DNA of 64,000 nucleotides, from the NCBI GenBank assembly GCA_947632115.1, contig CANROB010000004.1, positions 709 to 64,708 of the forward strand. The letters are read 5' to 3'. The stretch's first letter is position 1. Every line of letters starts with the position of its first letter. Below the pieces are notes generated by a model. The model made no database searches and had not been told where the DNA came from. It saw only the letters and a list, made by a program, of their open reading frames with translations. This stretch comes from an uncultured Bacilli bacterium (lineage in GTDB: Bacteria > Bacillota_I > Bacilli_A > RF39 > UBA660). Shown here in pieces: positions 18,732 through 27,060 of the stretch. The position numbers were made by a program, and so were the translations under genes.

Positions 18732-21242
18732 TTATACACCGCTATTTTTATTTTTTGATTTTAAATACCATTTTCTAAAAAAATCAATAGGAATTACTAA
18801 AAAAGCAATAAAGATCATAAGTTCTAGTTCCAAAAATGTCAGTCCTGTTGTTCTAAAAAGTGGTCCACCATAGTAAATGAGCAAGAGCTGAACAACAACA
18901 ACGAACAAAATGATAAAAATAAATACTTTATTCTTAGAAAGATTCGCAAGAAGATTTAACCGATTGGTTCTAGCATTAAAACTATTAAAAATATCAATAA
19001 AGATAAATAAACCAAAAAAGGCGGAAAGTAAAGAATCTTTATTTTGATAAAAAGAGGCAAGAAAAGGAGATTTTAAGAAGAAAAAGCAAAGGAAGGAAGA
19101 AAGAATTCCCGTCCATAAAATTTCACTATACATATAATAATTCATAATTGGTTCATTTTTACTTTTTGGCTTTTCTTCCATGTATTCTAAAAGCGGTGGC
19201 TCAAAAGCAAAAGCAAGTCCTGCTAGTGTATCCATGACCATATTAATCCAAAGCATTTGAATTACCGTTACTGGTGTATCAATCCCTATAAATGGTCCAA
19301 AGATACTAAGACTTAAAGCACATAAATTAATGGTTAATTGAAGAATAATAAATTTTCGAATGCTTTTAAAAATAGTTCTTCCATAGAGTATGGCTTTACT
19401 AATCGATAAAAAGTTATTATCTAAGATAACAATATCACTTGCTTCTTTCGCTACTTCTGTTCCACTTCCCATACTAAATCCTACATCTGCTCTTTTTAAT
19501 GCGGGAGCATCATTCACCCCATCGCCAGTCATTCCCACTACTAAGTCTAACTCTTGGCAAATACGAATTAAACGACTTTTATCATGAGGAAGCATCCGTG
19601 CGATAACACGCAATTTAGGGAGCAATCCTTTTAGTTCTTCATCACTAAGACGATTTAATTCCTCACTTGTTAGAACAACGCTATCTGGCTCTAAAAGATC
19701 TAATTCTTTCGCAATAGAAATAGCTGTTTCTTTGTTATCACCTGTTAACATAACCGTATTGATATGAGCTTTTTTTACTAACTTAATTCCTTCTTTAGCG
19801 GACTCTCTTACTTCATCTTTCATCATGAGAAGACCAACCAAATTAAGATTTTGAAAAGGAAGTACTTCTTTTTGTGTACTCGTTGCCATCAAAATAATAC
19901 GAATTCCTCGTTTGGCCTCTTCCTCGATATATCGTTTTATTTTTGTTTGATTTAATAATTCTTTCTTTCCTAGTTCATTATAATAATACTTACAGTAAGG
20001 AAGAATTTTTTCTGGCGCTCCTTTAATTAAATGAATTCTTGATTCATCCATAATTGTCGTGATGGAATATTTATCTTTACTGTTAAAAGGAATAACGGCT
20101 TCTTTATAAAAGGATAAATTATTTTTTTTAATAAATTTTAAAATAGCTTTATCCGTCATATTTCCACCAATAATTTTTTCTTCATCAAAACTACTCGCAT
20201 TATTCACTGTACAAGAAATTTTTACTATTCTAGATAGTTTCGTTCGAATTAATTCTTCATACGTATATTCTTTTAAGGCACCCGATACATAGCGAGAAAC
20301 TTCTAGTTCTCCTTTTGTTAGTGTACCCGTTTTATCCGTAAATAAAATATTTAGGCTACCAGCTGTTTCAATTCCTACTAATTTTCTTACGAGAACATGA
20401 TCTTTTAACATTCTTTTCATATTAGAAGAAAGTACAAGCGTTACCATCATAGGAAGTCCTTCTGGCACACAAACAATAATAATCGTAACAGAAAGAGTAA
20501 GCGCATAAATGATATTCGGAATCGTCACACCATTTAAAAATAAATAGGATATAAAAATCAAAAAAGCACTTACATAGCCAATTTTACTAATCATTTTGGC
20601 TAAACCAACTAACCTAAGTTTTAAAGGACTCATAGGCTGTTCTATCTTTAATTCATCCGCCATTTTTCCATAGAAAGTATTTTCTCCTATCAATTCTACT
20701 TTCATAAGTGCTTCTCCTGATACTACGACACTTCCTCTTAGTACAAGAGAAGAGGCCTTTTTCTTCATCTCTTTACTTTCGCCATTTAAACTAGATTCAT
20801 CTACACCAATCATCCCTTCTAAAATTTTACCATCCGCAGGAACTTTATCCCCTGTTTCTAGAAAAACAATATCCTCTTTTACGACATCACTAATCGGGAT
20901 TTCTATTTTTTTCCCACTCCGAATGACACGACAAGAAGTTTTAGCAGATTCCTCCATTAACTTAGCGAACGCTTTATCACTTCCATATTCAGAGATACTG
21001 GAAATAAAAGAAGCCATAAAGATAGCAAGAAGAATACCAATTGTTTCATACCAATCAAAATTTTGAAAGAGAAAAACCGTTTTAATCGCAAGAGCAATTA
21101 ACAAAATACGAATGATGGGATCCCCTAAAGATTGTAATACCAAATGAAGAAAACTATTCTTTTGATAGTTTCCTATTTCATTCGTTCCATATTTCTCTTT
21201 ATTTTTAGCTACTTCTTCTTCCGTTAGGCCATAAGGTTTCTT
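18732..21242 (-). CDS. P-type (type IIA/IIB-like) Ca2+-transporting ATPase
   Basis: DKTGTLT phosphorylation site, TGDN, GDGVNDAPAL hinge, PEGLP in M4, and 8-10 TM segments. Start at MKKPYGLTEEE (21240-21242) after AGGAGG; the track ORF extends to 21308. Confidence 0.9.
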   Translation of the reverse strand, partial: KKPYGLTEEEVAKNKEKYGTNEIGNYQKNSFLHLVLQSLGDPIIRILLIALAIKTVFLFQNFDWYETIGILLAIFMASFISSISEYGSDKAFAKLMEESAKTSCRVIRSGKKIEIPISDVVKEDIVFLETGDKVPADGKILEGMIGVDESSLNGESKEMKKKASSLVLRGSVVVSGEALMKVELIGENTFYGKMADELKIEQPMSPLKLRLVGLAKMISKIGYVSAFLIFISYLFLNGVTIPNIIYALTLSVTIIIVCVPEGLPMMVTLVLSSNMKRMLKDHVLVRKLVGIETAGSLNILFTDKTGTLTKGELEVSRYVSGALKEYTYEELIRTKLSRIVKISCTVNNASSFDEEKIIGGNMTDKAILKFIKKNNLSFYKEAVIPFNSKDKYSITTIMDESRIHLIKGAPEKILPYCKYYYNELGKKELLNQTKIKRYIEEEAKRGIRIILMATSTQKEVLPFQNLNLVGLLMMKDEVRESAKEGIKLVKKAHINTVMLTGDNKETAISIAKELDLLEPDSVVLTSEELNRLSDEELKGLLPKLRVIARMLPHDKSRLIRICQELDLVVGMTGDGVNDAPALKRADVGFSMGSGTEVAKEASDIVILDNNFLSISKAILYGRTIFKSIRKFIILQLTINLCALSLSIFGPFIGIDTPVTVIQMLWINMVMDTLAGLAFAFEPPLLEYMEEKPKSKNEPIMNYYMYSEILWTGILSSFLCFFFLKSPFLASFYQNKDSLLSAFFGLFIFIDIFNSFNARTNRLNLLANLSKNKVFIFIILFVVVVQLLLIYYGGPLFRTTGLTFLELELMIFIAFLVIPIDFFRKWYLKSKNKNSGV

Positions 21243-21364
21243 CATAGCATGTCCTCCTATAAAAATATATTCAGAAAAAAAATATCCTTTTCTATTTGTA
21301 GAGGACAAAAATTGACTTTTCTAACGTTTTATACTACAATACAAGTAATTTAAGAGGTGATATT

Positions 21365-21646
21365 ATGCCTTTAGAGATAAAAATTTATTTAGATAAACAA
21401 GATAAAGATAATTACTTAGTTGTTGTTCCTTCCTCAGAGACGTCTAGTGAATATTTCGTCTATAATAGAACAACAAAGGAAGCTGAGAAAATAGATAATT
21501 TACTAAAATATTTAATCGTCCAAGGAAGTCCTGATTTTCTTTTTTCCTTTCCACAAGAAGACGAAAGACAAATGATTGTCGAACGGATAGGAGAATTAAA
21601 AGACGCTTCCAAACAAAAAGTTTATATGCCAAAAGAAAATAAATAA
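21365..21646 (+). CDS. Hypothetical small protein (93 aa)
   Basis: GAGGTG SD; followed by a strong terminator. Confidence 0.5.
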   Translation: MPLEIKIYLDKQDKDNYLVVVPSSETSSEYFVYNRTTKEAEKIDNLLKYLIVQGSPDFLFSFPQEDERQMIVERIGELKDASKQKVYMPKENK

Positions 21647-21669
21647 CAAGTCAAAATGACTTGTTATTT
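21641..21669. terminator. Bidirectional terminator
   Basis: Perfect 13-bp stem AAATAACAAGTCA / TGACTTGTTATTT with an AAA loop, between convergent genes. Confidence 0.75.
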
Positions 21670-23191
21670 ATTTTGTAAACGTAGTATCTTCAATATCTAA
21701 AATTTGTGCATGAAAAACATCACTAATGAATTCAAAAGATTGATTGGAAATATATTCTACCACATCTGGTAAAATTTTAAGTTGACCAGTATCTAAATCT
21801 AAATGATAATAAAGTTCATTATTCAGCTGGAAAAACACATGATATTTTCCCGTTTCACGATTAAGGGCAACGCTACGGGTCACTTTTGCAGTTTCCTTTG
21901 TCTTAGAAAAGATTTCTCCACCAAAAACATCCATTAAAACCCTATCTAATAGTTCTATTTTCTCAGCTAGACCATTACATCTTCTAAGCATTGATGGTTC
22001 CTCTTTATTAAGCATCATAATATCCGCAAAAAGAGTTTCAAAGCGATTCTTTAAATACGAGGTTGTCACATCCTTTTTTGAATGGGGTTCTTGATATTCC
22101 TCTGGAACAAAAAGGGAAGATAAGTTCTGTAGCAAATTATAAAAAGCTTCTTTTCCTTTTTTTAATCTTGTAATTTGTTTTTGTTTTGCTTCTCCTTCTT
22201 CCATTGTCCGAATGTCTTGGGCCATATTCCACATAGATTTTAGTTTCTTAAAAACAACTTCCACTGATTTAGAAGCTTCTTCTTTCTTCTTAGCATCTTG
22301 GCTAGGAATTTTTTTTAACATTTCTGTCCGCCAATCGTCGATATCCGCCTCTTTTAAATCTCCAAGCAGGGTATCATTAAGAGATATCGTCTTGCCATCT
22401 CTTGTTGGAAAAGTAAAAATTTGTTCATAAAAATCACTATGGACACTTAAATATTTAGAATATCCCTTACGAGTCGCCATAAGTCCTATCGCTCGTTGGT
22501 AGACAAATGGGCTTGAGGCTAGTGTAATGGAGTCAATGGCTGCCCCATTTTCATAATAAACAAAAGAGGAACCAGCTGCAGGATGGGTTTCTTTTTCACT
22601 AGAAATGAGACCAATACTATAATCTAACGCCAATAATTCTTCTAAAGACATAACGGTTTCCTGAATAGGATCTCCCTGATAGGCAAAATTTACCTTTCCA
22701 TGAATTTCTCGTAACTGGTGCGTAATGGTATTGGCAAAATGTTCTGTCTGCCAATTATTTTGAATATTCATTAAATCCGATGAAAGAGTGAGAAAATATT
22801 TTTTATCATCATCTCCCGTACAACAGAGAAAATAATGGTATACATCAAAATATTCTTTCCCATTCTTGGAATAAATTCTTTGAAAGGTATCGGATTTCAT
22901 CAATTTCGTCTCAATACCTAATTCTTCATAAATATCTTTTAAAAAAAGAGCAGTAGATTTACAAATCACTTCGTTTTCATCTACACCATTTTCAACATAT
23001 TTTCTTTTTAACTCTTCATAACTTAAACCGGCATCTCCTAATTTCTCGCCAAGACTATAGAAAAAAATGGCATCTTTTGTTAATTTTTTACCCGCTTTCA
23101 TATAGACATAGCGCAATTTTTGGTTTTTACTCCAATTTGGATGGATGCCAGATAAAATTTCTTTTTTTAATTGTTCCAAAAAAGAATTCAT
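21668..23191 (-). CDS. Hypothetical 507-aa protein; N-terminal region has a transglutaminase/papain-like Cys...His...Asp spacing
   Basis: AGGAGGG SD. EVICKSTALFLKDIYEELGIE...(about 40 aa)...DVYHYFLCCTGDDDKKYFLTLSSD resembles the C-H-D core of transglutaminase-like proteins. This is weak pattern recognition by eye only. Confidence 0.3.
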   Translation of the reverse strand: MNSFLEQLKKEILSGIHPNWSKNQKLRYVYMKAGKKLTKDAIFFYSLGEKLGDAGLSYEELKRKYVENGVDENEVICKSTALFLKDIYEELGIETKLMKSDTFQRIYSKNGKEYFDVYHYFLCCTGDDDKKYFLTLSSDLMNIQNNWQTEHFANTITHQLREIHGKVNFAYQGDPIQETVMSLEELLALDYSIGLISSEKETHPAAGSSFVYYENGAAIDSITLASSPFVYQRAIGLMATRKGYSKYLSVHSDFYEQIFTFPTRDGKTISLNDTLLGDLKEADIDDWRTEMLKKIPSQDAKKKEEASKSVEVVFKKLKSMWNMAQDIRTMEEGEAKQKQITRLKKGKEAFYNLLQNLSSLFVPEEYQEPHSKKDVTTSYLKNRFETLFADIMMLNKEEPSMLRRCNGLAEKIELLDRVLMDVFGGEIFSKTKETAKVTRSVALNRETGKYHVFFQLNNELYYHLDLDTGQLKILPDVVEYISNQSFEFISDVFHAQILDIEDTTFTK

Positions 23192-23226
23192 AGTCCCTCC
23201 TAAAAAAAAGATTTCCGAAGAAATCC

Positions 23227-23562
23227 TTAATTGCGATGAATTAAATCCGCCTCTTTCAACACATTATAAATGCAAGAGTAACTTCGTTTTCCATAAAATT
23301 TACAGAATTTACGAATACTAACATTGGATCTTCGATAAAGATCGATAATATATTTTCTCTCCTGTTCTGAGATTGTATTAATAGGTTTTCTATTTTTATT
23401 TCCATGTTCTAAACGAATCTCGTTATTTAAAATTTCTTTCTTTAGACGTAGGATATACTTAGGATGATAGCCGGTAATCGTAGCAATTTCCTGGTATGAC
23501 AAAAAACTTTCACCAGCTAATTTTTTATTAATTAGTTCTACTGCCTCTACCTTTCTATTCAT
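23227..23562 (-). CDS. Stand-alone HTH protein resembling the N-terminal DNA-binding region of a transposase
   Basis: Start MNRKVEAV (ATG 23560-23562, AGGTGA SD). The sequence ...SYQEIATITGYHPKYILRLKKE...EHGNKNRKPINTISEQERKYIIDLYRR... recalls the HTH plus 'HGNxGRKP' N-terminus of some Firmicute transposases. No catalytic domain follows. Confidence 0.4.
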   Translation of the reverse strand: MNRKVEAVELINKKLAGESFLSYQEIATITGYHPKYILRLKKEILNNEIRLEHGNKNRKPINTISEQERKYIIDLYRRSNVSIRKFCKFYGKRSYSCIYNVLKEADLIHRN

Positions 23563-23578
23563 CCTATCACCTATCAAT

Positions 23579-23986
23579 CTATATTTTATCAAAATAAGTA
23601 ATTTTTCTTTCCATGACATCTTCTTCGATGGCATCACGTAATAATTTTCTCACTTTTGCAGGTTCTGGTACATTTTTTAGCCATATTTTGGTACCAGCTC
23701 TCTCACTCGTTCCATGGGTATCCACTACGACGGAAACCGTTCCAATTCCTAATATTCTTTGATAGACACTTTCTGTTGAATCTGGGTCTTTTAACATGTA
23801 TAGTTCAACGGTATTTGTCCTTTTTCTAAAAAAGCCCGTTGTAACAATTAATTCATCTTTTGTAATTTGATAGGTTGTAAAATTCATGTGAATACTTGTT
23901 AAAAAACGTTGCCAAAGTCCTGATGGTTTATCCTCCCACAATATTTCAAAATCAACATTTTTTAAACTTGAATCTTTTGGTTCCAT
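23579..23986 (-). CDS. Bacterial PH-domain (bPH_2/YdbS-like) protein
   Basis: TTYQITKDELIVTTGFFRKRTNTVELYMLKDPDSTESVYQRILGIGTV matches the bPH_2 pattern. GGAGG SD. Confidence 0.55.
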   Translation of the reverse strand: MEPKDSSLKNVDFEILWEDKPSGLWQRFLTSIHMNFTTYQITKDELIVTTGFFRKRTNTVELYMLKDPDSTESVYQRILGIGTVSVVVDTHGTSERAGTKIWLKNVPEPAKVRKLLRDAIEEDVMERKITYFDKI

Positions 23987-24047
23987 CGCGTACCTCCATT
24001 ATTACTTACATTATAGCATAAATTTTCAAGAAAGATACCTTTTTTTA

Positions 24048-24611
24048 TTAAAAATCAAAATCAATCGGCTTATTTTTTTCGATATCTTCAGGGGTATCCA
24101 CTACTTTATATTCGGTATTAATAGCCTTTGCTACCTGAAACCAGCCTTCTATTAAGAGTTCTATAGATTTTCTAGTAGAAGGTTCTAAGATAACCTCTTG
24201 AATTTCTTCTAGTTCTAAAATGAGTTTATAAAGCAAAACAGATTTAGGGACTTTTTGACCATACTTTACAAAAAGAATTTCATCAGCTTTCTTACTTGCG
24301 CGGTTCATAATTTCCTGATACTGTAATACCCTATCCTTATCAATTTGAAGAGAATAGTAAAACTTCTTATATGCCATATCCATAATGGCATCAACGATCT
24401 CTTTAGATGTTGTTTTCCTTAGTTCCCAATTTAGGATTTCATAGTTAATGCCCATAATGACTAGTTGATTTTCAACCTCATCATAAACAACTCCTGCTTG
24501 ATCAAAAATGGGCTCTATTTCCCCACTACGAATACGAACAGATTCATAGACCAAAGAAGCCATAGTTTTTGAATTTAATGCTTTTTTGGGTTTACTTGTA
24601 AACCATCCCAT
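24048..24611 (-). CDS. Hypothetical protein
   Basis: The track ORF runs to 24695, but a TGATATAAT promoter box at 24628-24636 lies inside that extension. I therefore start at MGWFTSKPKK (24609-24611); the ATG at 24623 is an alternative. Confidence 0.5.
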   Translation of the reverse strand: MGWFTSKPKKALNSKTMASLVYESVRIRSGEIEPIFDQAGVVYDEVENQLVIMGINYEILNWELRKTTSKEIVDAIMDMAYKKFYYSLQIDKDRVLQYQEIMNRASKKADEILFVKYGQKVPKSVLLYKLILELEEIQEVILEPSTRKSIELLIEGWFQVAKAINTEYKVVDTPEDIEKNKPIDFDF

Positions 24612-24707
24612 ATCCTTCACCATACTCATTATATCAAAAAAAAGAAATGTCTTCAATAAACATTTCTCTATTAGGAATGCATAAAAAGCATTCATTTATT
24701 TCACATT

Positions 24708-25346
24708 TTATTTATTCTTTATTTTTTTTACATAAGATTCTACTTTTTTATACCATGTCTTATCCGTTGCATATTTTTTATTGATTTCCTTTGGTGTATC
24801 TAGTCCTTTTGAAAAATAATTCTTTGACAAATTATCTACAAAGCCCTTGATTCCAGCTTCTAAAGAACTAAAAGAGCGGTAACTACCACAACCTTTTCCC
24901 TTTTGACCTCCTACATTATTACATTCTTTCACCAAACGACTACAATTCCATGTACAACCGGTTTCTAATAGTATAATTGCTGTAGCGATATAAGGATCTA
25001 CTCCTTTTTTTAAAGAATAAGAGGCAATCAATTCCCCTTTTCCGGCAATAGTACCCTTTAAAGAACGGTTTAATTTGGTAGATAACTCCTTTAGTGTCAT
25101 ACCATCATAAACAATTTCTTCTTTTTCTTCTTTGACTGGTTCTTCCACAACTTTAGGTTCAGTTAATTCCTCTAATTCTTTAGACTCTTCCTCGTTAGGG
25201 ATAGCTTGTCCAACTTCTGATACGGGAATATCCGTCATTTCTGATTTAGGTTTTTCCACTACAACATCTCTTATGATAACCCCTCCAACGATACAATCTA
25301 TTACTGTCAATAGAACAAGTAATATCGTCTTCTGGTATGCTTTCAC
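24708..25346 (-). CDS. Membrane-anchored glucosaminidase-domain (mannosyl-glycoprotein endo-beta-N-acetylglucosaminidase-like) protein
   Basis: N-terminal TM, Glu/Pro linker, then GVDPYIATAIILLETG...NNVGGQKG, typical of the glucosaminidase domain. GTG start with a GAGGTGA SD. Confidence 0.6.
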   Translation of the reverse strand: MKAYQKTILLVLLTVIDCIVGGVIIRDVVVEKPKSEMTDIPVSEVGQAIPNEEESKELEELTEPKVVEEPVKEEKEEIVYDGMTLKELSTKLNRSLKGTIAGKGELIASYSLKKGVDPYIATAIILLETGCTWNCSRLVKECNNVGGQKGKGCGSYRSFSSLEAGIKGFVDNLSKNYFSKGLDTPKEINKKYATDKTWYKKVESYVKKIKNK

Positions 25347-25387
25347 ATGAAGTCACCTCACTCATTTCTTTTTTGGAAAGCACTGCT

Positions 25388-25425
25388 ATCGTACCATATT
25401 TCGATAAGGCTTGTCAAATTGACAA
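25388..25425 (-). promoter_or_regulatory. Predicted promoter overlapped by a perfect 7-1-7 palindrome
   Basis: Minus strand TTGACA (25412-25417), 18 nt, TGgTACGAT (-10 at 25388-25393). TTGTCAAATTGACAA (25411-25425) is a perfect palindrome that creates TTGACA on both strands. Confidence 0.4.
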
Positions 25426-25489
25426 ATCAATTGAAGGTAAAGAATAAAAGGTAATATTTTCTTTAAATTATAAAAAGAATATTTCATTT

Positions 25490-25521
25490 TTTTCAAAGAA
25501 AAACTTGCGTAAAGCAAGTTT
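25490..25521 (-). terminator. Terminator of the 460-aa gene
   Basis: Minus strand AAACTTGC-TTTAC-GCAAGTTT followed by TTCTTT, overlapping the stop codon. Confidence 0.6.
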
Positions 25522-26902
25522 AATAAACCAAAGGTTCAACATCATCTAAGCTCTTATTTGACACCAAGTCCATTTCTTTTTTTCTAGTCATTTTATGAAA
25601 GATGTCTTCTAATTCTTCTTCATATTTTTTATATGTCTTTTTAGACATTCTCGTTTCTAAATCCTTTAGTTGTTGCTGTAAGCGAGATAGTCTAATTTGG
25701 ATCTCTTCTAAAGCAGCAGAATCATTTGTCTTTGATTCTAACAATTCAAAGAAATCATAAAGACATACTCGATATTTTTTATCAAAATTCTCTATTTCTT
25801 CTGTGGTTTGTAAGTAAAGAGATTGTATGGTTCTAATGGCCTCTTCTACTTCTTTATATCTTCTCATAAAAAGTTCCTGATCCATAAATGGTTGGGTGCT
25901 TTCTAATTGTGTTATTAATTTTCGAAGAAGATAGAAAAGTTCTTCTAATTGATCCACTCTTTTTTCAGGAGAACCCATCATTTGGAAATAGAAATCCATT
26001 CCTCTTTGATAGGCTACTTCTAAATCTTCTAAAGCATATTCTTTCTCCTTCGTAATCACTGTATCTTCTTTTTTTTCTTCTTCTAAAGGAGCAATTGGCT
26101 GTTCTAAAGCAACAGGAGGAGAATCGGGAATTTTTTCAACAGAATAGTCTTTTTCTATAGGAGACTCTTCTATCATAGATACTTTACGATGAGCGATGAC
26201 ATCTACTTTTACATTAGGACGTTGTCCAAACTTTTCTTTGATTTTACGAAGGCCATCCATGGTTAATAAATCCTTACGTGATTGATAAAAAGGAGTCGCT
26301 ATTCCACCCATTTTAGATGCTTCTTCTAATACGGTACGTACACACTCTAATTCTTCTTCCTCTTGACAAAACCCTAAAGCATTGATGAATTGCGCAGATA
26401 CAAGTAACTCATTTTCCTTATCGGATTTAATATCCGCAAGAGAAAGTGCCGTTAATAAAGCACGAATGCGAAGCGCTAAAGCAACATTTTCCGTTTGAAT
26501 AGAGATTTTAAAATATTCACTTTCCATATCTTTTTTATTAGCTGCTAACCTAGATACTTGCTTAGGAAGTTCAGGAATATCTTTTTTTCTTAAAGCAATA
26601 AATTGATAAAATTTTTGAAAGAGTTCTTCCCCATAAGAATCTATTTTAGCAAATTCTTGAAGAAGTGTTTCGATATCCTCTAAATCGGACTTTGTTTCAC
26701 ATTTTTCTAGGAGCTCCATAAACTGAAGAGTCAATTTTTTCGCACTACGAAAATCCTGTAGGGTACTTGCTTCCCCTACCAGTTTTATGAAAGCATCAAA
26801 ATCGACCAACAACTCTTTATTTTGAGGGCGATATGAAACTTGATTATATGGATTTTTTGATAAGTCTACTTCTTCCGTTAAGAAAGACTTTGTTTCCACC
26901 AT
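25520..26902 (-). CDS. Hypothetical helical/coiled-coil protein (460 aa)
   Basis: GGAG SD. Heptad-like E/K/L-rich sequence with no motif I recognise. Confidence 0.55.
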   Translation of the reverse strand: MVETKSFLTEEVDLSKNPYNQVSYRPQNKELLVDFDAFIKLVGEASTLQDFRSAKKLTLQFMELLEKCETKSDLEDIETLLQEFAKIDSYGEELFQKFYQFIALRKKDIPELPKQVSRLAANKKDMESEYFKISIQTENVALALRIRALLTALSLADIKSDKENELLVSAQFINALGFCQEEEELECVRTVLEEASKMGGIATPFYQSRKDLLTMDGLRKIKEKFGQRPNVKVDVIAHRKVSMIEESPIEKDYSVEKIPDSPPVALEQPIAPLEEEKKEDTVITKEKEYALEDLEVAYQRGMDFYFQMMGSPEKRVDQLEELFYLLRKLITQLESTQPFMDQELFMRRYKEVEEAIRTIQSLYLQTTEEIENFDKKYRVCLYDFFELLESKTNDSAALEEIQIRLSRLQQQLKDLETRMSKKTYKKYEEELEDIFHKMTRKKEMDLVSNKSLDDVEPLVY

Positions 26903-27034
26903 AAAACCGCTCCTATTTTCCCCATTATACCATAGAAAGGGGATTTTTACATCCCTATTTTAGTAGAGAGCTACTAGAGATTTACTAGGCTTTTTCACTT
27001 TCTAAAAAGAAACAATATTTCAAAATAATAGATA

Positions 27035-27060
27035 AGAAAAAAGAAGATTATGCATCTTCT
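27035..27060 (-). terminator. Terminator after pgi
   Basis: Minus strand AGAAGAT-GCATA-ATCTTCT followed by TTTTTC, overlapping the pgi stop. Confidence 0.6.

Noticed and set aside
3936-22430. Other antisense or overlapping track ORFs (3936-4190, 5411-5593, 6975-7193, 9214-9405, 10613-10972, 12029-12214, 13389-13739, 17698-17937, 17934-18197, 19390-19587, 21444-21632, 22212-22430)
   Set aside because: Each is embedded opposite a longer ORF with clear family motifs (truA, ecfA2, fhs, pepD, gerA, gerC, the acidic protein, dacB, the ATPase and so on). Their translations are Ser/Leu/Phe/Ile-rich mirror-image products without SD sequences.
23227-23637. Insertion sequence / active transposase
   Set aside because: Only about 111 aa of HTH region are present, with no DDE or serine catalytic domain, no terminal inverted repeats and no target duplication that I could find. 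It is treated as a stand-alone HTH protein or remnant.
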